DNA from: Prorocentrum cordatum
Lineage: Eukaryota
Length of the DNA stretch: 64,000 nucleotides
Reading direction: 5' to 3'
NCBI GenBank assembly: GCA_963575745.1
Contig: CAUYUJ010000265.1
Location: forward strand, 1 to 64,000
Shown: positions 28,510 through 40,675 of the stretch, one piece after another
Position numbering within the stretch: position 1 is the first letter of the stretch
How the letters are laid out: each line of letters starts with the position of its first letter
The notes under the pieces: model-generated
What the model saw: the letters and a program-made list of their open reading frames with translations, nothing else
Database searches by the model: none
What the model was told of the DNA's origin: nothing
Position numbers and translations under genes: made by a program

Positions 28510-28550
<41 letters not shown>

Positions 28551-28551
28551 A

Positions 28552-28586
<35 letters not shown>

Positions 28587-28630
28587 GCAACAACAACAAC
28601 AGCAACAACAACAACAGCAACAACAACAAG

Positions 28631-28687
<57 letters not shown>

Positions 28688-28689
28688 AA

Positions 28690-28935
28690 TTTAAGACTGT
28701 TCGCCCTTATATGCTCGAGTGTCCAATAACGCGTATTTTCCCAAACCCTCGATACCCGCCCTCTTCGTCTTCGATCGAACCCCTTTTGGGGGGTATACCT
28801 TTCTTCCCTGCAGGCCGGGCCCCGGCAAGCGGCGGGGCGGCCGCGGACCGTCGGCCTGGCCAGCGGCAGCGCTGATCGGCGGGGCGGCCGCGGACCGTCG
28901 ACCCGACCCCAAGAGGGACGGACAGGGACCGACCA

Positions 28936-28973
<38 letters not shown>

Positions 28974-29670
28974 GCGACGACGAGCGAAAGCGAGAGCGAG
29001 GGAGAACGACAGCAGGGCCACGAAGGGCACGAGGTAGGCCACGAAGGGCGACAGCGGGGACACGAAGGGAATGCGTATGGGGCCACGAAGAGCGCGAACG
29101 AGCGGGGGCCACGAAAGTGCAGATAATGCGGGGCCACAGAAGGCAACTATGGGGCCACTGAGGGTAGCAACTGGGCCACGTAGGACAGTGAGGGGGACAC
29201 AAATGGCGACAGCGGGGCCACGAAGGGCATGCACATGGGGCCACAACGGGCGCGACTCCTGGGTGCCTGGGTGTCGGGAGCGCGGCGCTTGGGCAAATTG
29301 CAAGAAATTCCAACGCAAGGCCATTCTTCAGTAAGTTGCAAGCCGGTCTCCAGCGAGAGCGCGACTCCAGAGCGCCGGGAGAGCGATTCGTGAATAGATT
29401 GTAAGGAAGTCCCAAGCGAGAGCGCGATTCCTGAATAAAATGCGAGGAAGTCTCGGGCGGGAGCGGGGGTCCTGGCTAAATTGTGAGGAAGTCTAAGGCG
29501 GGAGCCGTTGTTGTTGTAACCCGGGGGCCAGGGGCCCAGTTTGAGCAGGAAGACTTTCCCTGTCAAAAAACCAGATGCGAGCGTCGAGGGGCACAATTCG
29601 ATTGAGAAAAAACAGTATGCACCGGAGGGGGGGGGATCAACAAAAATTATTCTTTAGAAGTGAGAATTCA
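28690..29670 (+). repeat. Module B copy
   Basis: Near-identical to 23768-24350 plus 24880-25300. Confidence 0.8.
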
Positions 29671-30399
29671 AGGACAGGGACCTTCCCTGGGCCCCTGCGC
29701 TCGGACTCCTCCAGCGCTCTCCTCCAGGGGGGGGGGCAGGAATCGTCCCCGGGCCCCGGGGTCCCCCCCCCCCCCCACACACCCACAACAACAACGCCAG
29801 AAATGAATAAAAAACAGAGGAGTCCATCAGGACTCGGACTCCGGTACTGCATCGAAGTGGTGACTTACGTGTGCGCGCGAGAGAAGCGAGGGATTCTATA
29901 GAAACGCTACAGGGATCCTATAGAAACCATACAGGGTTCCCTAAAGAAGCCCGACAGGCATCTTATAGAAACGCTACAGGGATCCTATAGAAACCCTACA
30001 GGCATCCTATAGAAACCCTACAGGCATCCTACAGAAATCCTACAAGGCATCCGATAGAAACCCTATAGGCATCCTGTGGGAACCGTAAAGGGGCCCAACA
30101 AAAACCCTACAAAGATTCTATAGAAACCGTACAGGGATCCGGTAGAAACCGTACAGGGATCCGATAGAAACCCGACAGGGATCCGATGTATGAGAAACCT
30201 GCAGGGGGATCCGGTAGAAAACGTACAGCGACCCGATAAAGTAAAAACCCTAAAAAGGGATCCTATAAAAAAAGCCCTACAGGGATCACATGTAAAAAGA
30301 ACCTACAGGGATTCGAAAGAAACCATACAGGAACCTGTAGAGACCCTACAGCGATCTGATAGGAACCCTACAGGGATCCTATTTTTTCTGCAAAAATTA

Positions 30400-31136
30400 T
30401 CCCAGTGCCCCCTACCTAGGAGTTGGAGCCCCTAGGAAAGCAGCATTAATAGTACCAGTAAAGCTAAGCTAAAGCTAAGCTAAAGCTAAGCTAAAGCTAA
30501 GCTAAAGCTAAGCTAAAGCTAAGCTAAAGTTAAGCTAAAGCTAAGCTACAGCTAAGCTAAAGTTCAGCTAAAGCTAAGTTAAAGCTAAGCTAACGCTAAG
30601 CTAAAGCTAAGCTAAAGCTAAGCTAACGTTACGCCGAAGCTAAGCTAAAGCTAAGATAAAGCTAAGCTAAAGCTAAGCTAAAGCTAAGCTAAAGTTAAGC
30701 TAACGATAAGATGACGTTAAGCTAAAACTAAGCTAAGCTAAGCTAAAGCTAAGCTAAAGCTAAGCTAAAGCTAAACTAAAGCTAAGCTAAAGCTAAGCTA
30801 AAGCTAAGCTAAAGCTAAGCTAAAGCTAAGCTAGAGCTAAGCTAAAGCTAAGCTAAAGCTAAGCTAAAGCTAAGCTAAAGCTAAGCAAAGCTAAGCTAGA
30901 GCTAAGCTAAAGCTAAAGATAAGCTAAAGCTAAGCTAAAGCTAAGCTAAAGCTAAGCTAAAGCTAAGCTAAAGCTAAGCTGGCTAAAGCTAAAGCTAAAG
31001 CCAAAGCTAAGGCTCCCAGGGGACTGGGGGAACCGCGGGGCGGATGCCAGGGGAACCGCCCAGGGCGGGGAACATTGCCCGGCCCTTTAAGCTTACCGAG
31101 TAAGAACCCTTCTAGGCAGAGCCTAGGTAGGAAAAC
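30400..31136 (+). mobile_element. Element carrying an (AAGCTAAGCTA)n 11-bp array, inserted in a GGATCC-rich satellite
   Basis: Subterminal inverted repeat CCTACCTAGG (30411) / CCTAGGTAGG (31122). End AGAACCCTT-CTAGGC-AGA-GCCTAG-GTAGGAAAA. Confidence 0.65.
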
Positions 31137-32019
31137 ATAAAGAAATACACTTACAGGGATCCTACAGAAACCCTATAAGGATCCCACAGGAACCCTATAA
31201 GGATCCTACAGAAAACCGTACAAAGGATCCTACATAAACCCTAAAAGGGATCCTACAGAAACCTTGAAAGGATCCGACAAAAACCTTGTAAGGATCCTAC
31301 AGTAAGCCTATAAGGATCCGACAGAAATCCTATAAGGATCCTACAGAAAACCTGTAAGGATCCTCCTTCTCAATCCTACCAGCTGTGATGAGATCCCTAC
31401 AGGGATCCTACCAGCTGCAATAAGATCCTTATAGGGATCCTACCAGCTGTCATAGGATCCGAATCGGGATCCTACCTGCTACAATAGGATCTTGTGGGGG
31501 TTCGACCAGCTGTAATAGGATTCCTATAGGGATCCTACCACCTGTAATGGGTATGTAAAAAAATCCTACCAGCTGCGATGGGATCCCTACAGGAATACTA
31601 CCAGCTGCAAGAGGATCCCTACAGGGATCCTACCAGCAGTCATAGGATCCCTATTGGGATCCTACCAGCCGCATTAAGATCCCTAGAGGGATCCTACCAG
31701 CTGCGATAAAACCGGCTAGGGATCCTTCCAGCTGCAAGAAGATCCCTACAGAGATCCGACCAGCTATCATAGGATCCGAATCGAGATCCTACCAGCTGCA
31801 ATAGGATCCTTATGGGGGTCCGACCAGCTGTAATAGGATTCCTGTAGGGACCCTACCACCTGTAATAGGCTTCCTATAAATATCCTACCAGCTGCAATAA
31901 TATCGTTCTAGGGATCCTACCAGCTGCGATCGGATCCCTACAGGGGAGCCTACCAGCTGCAAGAGGATCCCTGCAGGGATCTTACCAGCTGTCATAGGAC
32001 CCCAACAGGGATCCTACCA

Positions 32020-32240
32020 TTTGGAGTCCCGAAACGGTGCGGTGATGGACCGTGCGGTGACCTCGAAATCCCCCAAGACCTCACCGCACGGTCCGTCACC
32101 GCACGGTTTTGGGACCTCGGAGGCCCCTGTCGCCCGAGACGTCCTCGGAGAACGACCCGAGTCCCAAAACCGTGCGGTGACCCCGAATCCCCACCGACTC
32201 ACGGCACGGTGTGGTCACCGCACCGTTTGGGGGCCCCCGA
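32020..32240. mobile_element. MITE family B (221 bp, imperfect 26-bp TIR, 5-bp TSD TACCA)
   Basis: Core AAACGGTGCGGTGA / TCACCGCACCGTTT. TACCA at 32015-32019 and 32241-32245; it interrupts a satellite unit at TACCA|GCTG. Confidence 0.8.
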
Positions 32241-32546
32241 TACCAGCTGCAATAAGATCCTTACAGGGATCCGACCCGCTGCAATCGGACCCCTACAGGG
32301 ATCCTACCAGCTGTAAAAAGGTTCCCTATAGGGGTCCGACAAGCTGCACTAGGATCCCGATAGGGATCCTACCAGCTGCAAGAGGTTCCCTACATGGATC
32401 CTACAAGTTGCACTGGGACCCCTTATAGGGACCTCATCAGCTGTTGACCGTGTCTTGGAAGAGACCTGGGAAGACGCCTAGTAGGAGACCATAATCATCA
32501 TCACAACTACCACCACTTCCACCACCACCACCACCAACACCACCAC

Positions 32547-32618
<72 letters not shown>

Positions 32619-33436
32619 CATCCTCATCCTCATCATCATCAGCATGAGCATCCTCATAATAAACATAAACATAATCAGCTTAATCATCATAATCATCATA
32701 ATCATCATCCTCACCATCATCATCACCATCGTCATCACCAACACCACCACCATCATGATCAGCATGATCATCAGCATCATAATCATCATCAGCATCAGCA
32801 GCATCACCACCACCATCATCACCATCACCATCATCAGCATCAGCATCATCATCATCAACATCATCATCATCACCATCATCATCACCACAGTCACCACCAC
32901 CACCACCATCATCATCATGATCATCCGCATCATAATCATCAGCATCCTAATCATCAGCACCACCACCACCACCATCATCATCCCCATCAGCTTCATCATA
33001 ACCATCATCCTTTCCTCAGTCGACGGCGGACCGAGACGATGGGGTGACCGTGGCACGCAGGAGACCTGGGAGGAGGCCGAGCTGGATCCCTACAGGGCGT
33101 CCCCTCGGGTGTCGGGGGGCCGTTGGGGTGTCTGGGGGCGTGGGAGTGCGGGGACGCAGGGGTGTGGGGGGGGGGGGCGCCGAGGCCCCGGTGCGTAGGA
33201 GTCCATCACTCCTCTGTGAACTGCGAAGACGTCTCGAGCGGGAGCCGTCCGCGTTGTTGTGGTTGTGGTTGCTGTTGTTGCTGCTGTTGTCGCGTTGTTT
33301 GGGGGGGGGCGCCGGGGCCAACCATAACAACAACCACAACAACGACAATAACAACAACAGCAGCAACAACAACAACAACAACGGCAACAACGACGACGAC
33401 GACGACGACGACAACAACAACAACAACAACAATCAC

Positions 33437-34443
33437 TTTACCCGAACGCTCAGTGTTCTCACCAGTGCCAGGGTCTGCATGCGACGCCAGCCAATACCCC
33501 CACTTTGTGGGGGGGCAGTGCAAGCTCTACCAAATATCCACACGACTCTTCGCCACCACCCACACCCAGCTTCCCGCCCTATGACGTTCGGACACTTCAC
33601 TTCGTGGCCTGCGGACGACCGTGGCTACTACACTGGCGTGGAGTACACACCCACAGAAGTTGTTAGGACAGCGCGCGCGGGTAGAAATTTTGAAAAGTCG
33701 TGCAGGTGTTTTTCGAGGACCTACGGTGCGATTCGTGTGATTTTATGATGCGCGGTGCTAAAATTCTTAAGAAGCCCAATGGTTTTTGGAGATTTCGGCG
33801 TGCGCGCGCGAAGAAAAAACGAATGTGTCCCGCATGGTATTATTTGACAGGGATGATGGCCCTGGCAGGTGCGCAACCGTTGTCGCAGAAGTTCGAAAAA
33901 GTTGCTCGCAAAAGCCCGTTTGACAGAAATGTTTAAAAAGTGTTGGGTTTCCTACGAATCCGCAAGAGCGCGCGGGATGAGATTTTGACATTTTTTTGTT
34001 GAAAAACCATTGGTTTTTTGATGTTTTTATGTTAAAATCGCTCCGAACACTAAGCTTTTGGAAGGATTTCGTCTTGCGCGCGCGAATGTCCACTTTACCT
34101 TATTTTTTGCAAGGGATTCTTGAAATTTGATTATATTAGAACAAGAAATGTCATTTTATAGTGTTTTTTGCAAGGGAAAACGGATTACAACAAAACAACC
34201 GGATCTGGATCACATCGTTTTACCTGAGGCTTCCTCACGAAAATGATGAAAATGTAGCTGCGGCCTAGGCGGCGCAGGGGGGGCGTGCACCAGGGGGCCC
34301 AACAATAATTATTCTTTAGAATAAATAATGTTCAACAACAACAACAACAACAGCAGCAGCAACTGCAACCGCAACAGCAACAACAACAACCACCAAAACC
34401 ACCACCAACAACAACAACCACGACGACGACAACAACAACAACA
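33437..34443 (+). repeat. Module A copy flanked by (CAA)n tracts
   Basis: Homology to 21998-22917. Confidence 0.8.
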
Positions 34444-36432
34444 ATCCGTACCGCAGCAGCCCACGTCAGCCACGTAGCCAGGAACAGCAAATGCCCGCTC
34501 GGCCCCCTCATATTGACAGACAGACAGACAGACATACACGCATACACACACATACATAGATATATATATATATATAGATATATAATGTATAAATATATAT
34601 ACATATCTACGTGTAAAATGCACATACATGCATGCCTACGTACATACATACACACATACCAGAGAGGACAAAGAGGTGGGAGGGCTGAGGAAAGGTGGAG
34701 ATGAGACAACAGGGAGGGCAGGGGATAAAGAAGTCAAGGGGGCGAGGATGACGAAGAAGAAGGAGGCTGAAGAGGGCGAGGACGACGAGGGGGCGGGAGG
34801 CGCAGGAGGAGGCACGGAGGGCTGCGAGAGGGAGCGAGGACGGCAGGCTGCGTCGCAGCAGCGGCCTGCGCTTCCGCAAGGCGGGAGCACTCGACTCGAC
34901 GAACGGCTGCAGCCAAGTGAGTCGGACGCCTGGCCTACTCCAGAATTCGTAATAAAGGGCGGGGGGTCTCATTTCGAGGGGGGGTCTCTTCCAAGCTATC
35001 TTGGAGGGCCTGGGGGGTCTGGGGACGATGTTTTGGAGGGTTCTCCCACGGGGGAGGTCTGAAATGGCTTGTCTTGGAGGGTCCAGACCCCCTCCCTTTT
35101 ACTACGAAATCTGGAGTAATTAGGAGGATGTGTGGGGCATCTTTGAAGAAAACCTTTGGCACCCTTGGGAACAGCTCGAAGCCTCTTTGGGCCCTTTTCG
35201 GGCCTGTTTGGGCGCCTCGCGGGGCTTCTGCACGGGCTGGTTGAGGGCCTCTCGGGGCCTCTGGGGGCCCTCTTGGGACCCGCTGGCGGTCTGAGAGGCT
35301 CTCCTCGGCGGTATTGAAACCCTCTCGGGGCCTTCCCGTGGCCGCCTCGGGCGCGTCGTCGGGCTCTCTGGGGTCATCTTGGGACTCTTTGGTGGGCCTC
35401 TTGGGCTGTTTTGGGCCGGTTTTGCGGGCCGTTCGGGCCGTCGAGGATGCTATGGAAGCCCGAAAGTCGCATGCGCTGAAAGTGCACGTCTTCCCGCGGA
35501 AAGACAAACTGAATTTCTCGGCGCCCTCTGGGAAAGCCTCCTGGAGTCCTCTTTGGGAGCTGCGGGGGCTCTTGGCCCTACTTGAAGCAACCGTGGCGCG
35601 TCTCGGAGCGCTCGCGGAGCGCCCGGGGCGGCCTCGGGACGGTCATGGCGGCCTCTGGGGCCGTCCGAAAACGCCCGAGGCCCCGCCCAGAAACCCTCGG
35701 CCCGCCCAGGGCCCCCATGCCACGCCGCGGCCGCGGTTCCGGGCCCGCCCCCGACCTGCGCGCATGGCATGCATGCACGTACGTATGCATGTACACTTTT
35801 TGGGGTCTGCAGGGCGAGAGCGAGCCTCTTCCGCTAAAAGCTCCGCGGGACGCGCACAGCTTTAATTGACAGAGTATGTATGTACACACGGGAGGAAAGA
35901 GAGGCGGGAGAGCGGAGGAGCAGGTGGAAATGGGACGACAGGGAGGGCAGGGGTCAAAGGGGGCGGGGATGAGGAAGAGGAGGAGGTTGAAGAGGGCGAG
36001 GACGACGATGGGGACCGAGCGGAGGAGAAGAAGGAGGCTGCGGAGCAGAAAACGTAGGACGAGGCAGGGGAAGCTACGCGAAGGAAGGAGCACGGTAGGC
36101 TGATTCGCAAGAGCAGCTGGCGCTTCCGCGCAAAGCGGGAGCACTTGATTCGAAGGACGGCTGCAGCCAAGTGAGTCAGAGGCCTGGCAGAATTAGGACT
36201 CCAGGAGACGCAAGCATTGAGCAAGCCATATCGTCGGAGATTTGGAAGACAAAAGAGAGAGGGCGAGGCGAGCGCCATCGTCGGGATGGTCGGTTTGGAG
36301 ATACATCGTCAACAATCAGTGTGGCCCAGAAGAGTCCCGCAAGGGACGAAACGTTAGCCCGACACTGACAATGAAACTGCACCGACGTGCTTTGATCGTC
36401 CAGCTTGATCGTGGCGGGGCCGAGGCGCGCGC

Positions 36433-36510
36433 CATCGTCGGGATGGACGGCTGTGGGGCGGCAGCCGGTGCGGGGCAGGCGTTCACCGTCATGCACTTGG
36501 GGCACTTCAC
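36433..36510 (-). CDS. Metacaspase exon, second CxxC of the LSD1-like Zn finger plus Pro/Ala linker: VKCPKCMTVNACPAPAAAPQPSIPTM
   Basis: CAG|G acceptor, ATG|GC donor, 78 nt, phase 0-0. VxCxxCxTVN matches the C-terminal half of LSD1-type fingers in type I metacaspase prodomains. Confidence 0.75.
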
Positions 36511-36583
36511 CTGCGGCGACAGATGGCGGCGGCGACGGCAGCGGCAACGGCGGCGACGTCGACGCAGACGTCGGCGCCGACGA

Positions 36584-36622
<39 letters not shown>

Positions 36623-37582
36623 CTGCAGCGCCGATGGCGGCAGCGGCGCCGGCGGAGTTGGCGGCGGTGACGTGGACGCCCACGGCGACATCGACGGCGG
36701 CGGCAGCGGCGGCACTGGCGTATCACAGATAACAGTTGATTCGTGTCCAAAACTGCCATGTTCTTCCATTGGTGGGCAACCCCGTACTCATGCTCCTTCT
36801 CCTCCTCATCCGAGCGAGCGTCCGCCTTCTTTTCGCTTCTCCTCCCCAACCTCCTCCTCCACCTCCTCCTCCTCCTCCCTCCTCCTCCTCCTCCTCCTCC
36901 TCCTCCTTGTCCTTCTCCGTCTCTTACTCTGCCTGTCCGCATGCGCTTCAAAATTCGCCACTGTGCCCAATGGCAGTAGAATGCCAAATACTGCCTAGTA
37001 GGTTTTCTAAACACACGAACCAAGGGGCCACCCTCCACTCTGCACGCCTTCCTGCAGGCATCCCCCCCTCTGAGCCGCCCGATGCGTCCCCAGTGTTCGC
37101 CAGGGCTCTCCAAGGTTTCCCAGACGGTCCAGGGAGGCAGCCAAGACCGCCCAGACGTCCTCACACGACCTGAAGAGGCGCCCAGAAGCCCCCCAAAAAG
37201 CCCACGAGGCGCCAAAGGGGGCCCAAGACGCTTCAAAGACACCAAGGAGAAGGCTCGAGGGGCCCCCAGGAGTGCCAACATCATTCAAAAACCTACCCCC
37301 GCCATTGCAGATATATTTGCTTGCGGCGAAGCGCCTGGGCTGCCTTGCGGAGGATGCGGAGCTCGAGCGCCGATGTAAGCAACCAGACCTCGGAAGGCTA
37401 CGATTCATCCGACGCAATCAACCCGCCACAGACGCCGACTTTGTGCTAACAGCGTGGGTGTGGAGCGTCGGCGGGGCGCGAGGCTTGAAACCCATTGTCA
37501 AGGATGGCCCTACACGACCGTAATGTGGTTAGCGTGCGGGCCTGGGGAGCCAGTCCAAGAGGCTAAAACTAGTAAAACCAAT

Positions 37583-38437
37583 TTGCCTGGCGAAAGACCC
37601 AACCATATGCAGCTGTGAATAACGCAATTGTGAGTATCGTCTTCAGTGGAGCTCCCTGTGAGGGCACGAACGGTGTGAGGGGTGTGCCGAAGTGAGCGCG
37701 GTGAGCGCATGCGAACGCAGCCACTGGGGCCTTCGGTGGAGTTCCCTATGAAGCCACGAAACGTGTAAGGGTGCGCCGAAGTGGGCACGGTGGGCGCATG
37801 CGAACGCAGCCACTGAGGCCTTCGGTGGAGCTCCCTATGCGGCCGCGAAATGTGTGAGGGGTGCGCCGAAGTGGGCGCGGTGGGCGCATGCGAACGCAGC
37901 CACTGGGGCATTCGGTGGAACTCCTTATGGGGCCACGAAACGAGTGCGGGGTGTGCCGACATGGGTGCGGTGGGCGCATGCGAACGCTGACACAGGGACC
38001 TTCGGTGGGGATCCCCATGGGGCCACGTGAGGGGTGTGCCGAAATAGGTGCGGTGGGCGCATGCGAACGCAGCCACTGTGACATTCGGTGGAGCTCCCTA
38101 CGGGGCCGCGGAATGTGTGAAGGGTGTGCCGAAATGGTCCTGGTGGGCGCATGCGAACGCAGCCACTGGGGCATTCGGTGGAACTCCCTATGGTGCCACG
38201 AAACGTGTGAGGGTTGTGCCGAAATCGGCGCGGTGGGCGCATGCGAACGGAGCCACTGGGGCCTTCGGCGGAGCTCCGTATGGGGCCGCGAAACGTGTGG
38301 GGGGTGTGCCGAAATCGGTAACTGGTGCAGAGGGCAAAGGCAGGGATGGGAGAAGGGAAAAGAGGGGCAGAGAGAAGGAAGGACGCGGGGCGCTGTCTCT
38401 TCAAAACGAGGACCCAACAATCCAGGATTGTTGAGAA
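37583..38437 (+). mobile_element. Array-carrying element, copy 3 (about 7 x 91-bp diverged units)
   Basis: Leader TTGCCTGGCGAAAGACCCAACCA. End TCTCTTCAAAACGAGGACCCAACAATCCAGGATTGTTGAGAA. Confidence 0.78.
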
Positions 38438-38772
38438 TACGCTGTTACAAATGAGTTCATTAAAATGATGTTTGCCGTTTCGGTCTTCAGAGCGACCAAG
38501 ACGTCCACAAGAGAGTCCGCCACCGAGGCCCCAAAGTGGGGCCCAAGACGGCTCCCAGGAGGCCCCCGAGAGGAATCGAGGGAGAACTCGAACTGTCACT
38601 CAGAGCCCCCAACCCCCAGCGGGCCCCCGAGACAGCCAGCAGGCCCCAAAGACGCCACCAAGAGGAAGCCCCCAAGACGCCCCTGAGAGACCCCCTCCTC
38701 CTCGCTCCCCTCATCCTTCTCCTCCTTCTCCTCCTTCTCCTCCTCCATCCCCTGTCCTTGTAGATGACTCCT

Positions 38773-40350
38773 CCCTGTCGCGCCCCCAAACGTGTCGGTA
38801 GGGCGGGCAGGGCGGTTCACCCGAGACACCCTCACGATTTGTGAAGTTGCAACAGTTTCGCGGATGGCGGGCGGGCCGCTTTCAAGCTGTCGTTCTCGCC
38901 TGAGCACCGCGCACATTCGCCTGAAAACTCTGCGACACGTTCACGGGTGGAGGGCAGGCCGCTTTCGAGGCGTTGCTCTTGCCTTACCGCGAGCACATGT
39001 GCCTGAGAAGTTCGCAGCCGCTTCAGGCGTGGACGGCGGCCTCTTTTCAAGATGTGGTTCTCGCATTTGCGCTGCGCACATTGGTCGTACAAGTTCACAG
39101 CAGCTTCACAGATGGAGGACGACTCCATTTAACAAAGCGGTTCTCACCTTAGCACCGTGCACAGTCCTCTTGAATGTTTGCAGCAGTTTCACTGGTTCGC
39201 ACGGCTGAAGTCCCAGAAATGGTGTGCTGACACGTTCTGGGATTGTCGTAACTCAACGGTCACGTTGACTCGTGATGATGAAGTCCTAGGGATGGTGTCC
39301 TGGGGCGATTTGCGATTGTCGGGACGCAACAAGCACGTTGATTCGCGACGCTGAAGACGCGGGCGATTGAAGATTGTCGGGACGCGGCACGCGACGTTGC
39401 TTCACGTTGATTGTGCTGGCACGCTTGAAGATTCTCAAGCGTATAGCCTCCAGTGGAACAGTTCCCGCAATAAGCATACTTTCTTTCAGGGACCTGTAAA
39501 TTAGAGGGAGGGTGTATTGCAACATTGCTAATGCATCTTGGGCTTGGACTGGTCCTCCTCCTTCTTCCCCCCCCTGGGCTCCTCTTCCTCCTCCTCCTCC
39601 TCCTCCTCACCCTCATCCTCATCCTCATCCTCATCCTCCTCCTCATCGTCCTTCTCCATCCCTCTCCTCATAAACAAATCATCCCTGTCGCGCGCCCCCA
39701 GACGTCTCGGCAAGGCGGGCCGAGCGTTTCGCCTGAAAGTGCCTCACCGTTTACGATCATAAAATCTGAAAATCGCAACCGTTTCACAAAATGGAGGGGG
39801 GTGACTCTCGCCTTAGTGCCGCGCGCATTCGTCTTTAAAGCTCGCCACAGCCTCAAAAATCAAGGGCAGGCCTCTTTCAAAAGGTGGCCCTCGCCTTTCT
39901 GCCGAGCACACTCGCCTTGAAAGTTTACAACAGCTTCCGGCATGGAGGGCGGTTCGCTTTTGAAATGTGGTTCGCGCACTATCACCGCGCACATTCGTCT
40001 TGAATGCTTGCAACAGCTTCGCGGGTTCATACTGTTGAAGTCCCAGGCACTGCGTTGTGGCACGAGTTGGGGTTGGTAGGACGCCAGAGTCCCATTCATT
40101 GGCTGTGTTGATGTCCAGGAAAGGTACTCCAGGACGATTTCAAACTGTCAGGACGCAACCGTCACGCTGATTCGCGGCGCTGAAGTCCCTGGAATGAGTT
40201 TTGGCTTTTTGGCTTGGTTGAGGATTATCAGACGGTTGTCTTCCAATGAGGCGCTTGCCGCAGTGGAAACAATTTCTTGCAGGGGCCTATGAAGGGGGGA
40301 CTTGGACGGAAGTTTCAGTGCAACATCGTTGGTACATCCTGGGCTTACAC
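38773..40350. repeat. Tandem pair of a diverged repeat of about 0.7 kb; inverted homolog at 13400-13925
   Basis: Both start CCCTGTCGCGC.CCCCA.ACGT.TCGG (38773, 39682). TGATTCGCG/CAGGACGCA motifs are complementary to 13550-13590. Confidence 0.6.
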
Positions 40351-40645
40351 TGATCCTCATCCTCCTCCTTGCTTCTCTTCCCCCACGTCATCCGCCTCCT
40401 CCCCCTCTTCGCCCTCCCTCCCTCTTCCTCCGCCTCCTCCCCCTCATCCTCCTCCGCCTCCTCCTCCCCCTTCTCCTTTTCGACGACAACAACAACAACG
40501 ACGACGACGACGACAACGACGGCGGCGGCGGCGACGACGACGACGAAGACGACGACGGCGGCGGCGGCGGCGGCGGCGCGGCGCGGCGGCGCAGCGGCGG
40601 CGGCGAGCCCCCCACAGCGCGCTGCCGCCGCGAGCGGCCGGACAC

Positions 40646-40675
40646 CTGGGCGTGCCCTGGTGGGATGCCGAAGAC
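40646..40675 (-). CDS. Metacaspase micro-exon, Zn-finger loop: VFGIPPGHAQ
   Basis: 30 nt, CAG|G acceptor and CAG|GT donor. Joins to give VFGIPPGHAQ|VKCPKC. It is a unique-sequence island between low-complexity tracts. Confidence 0.72.

Larger units (their letters stand above)
29895..32445 (+). repeat. Degenerate GGATCC/CCCTACAG satellite (units of about 21 and about 32 bp) hosting two nested insertions
   Basis: Units like AGAAACCCTACAGGGATCCTAT and GGATCCCTACAGGGATCCTACCAGCTG. Confidence 0.8.
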
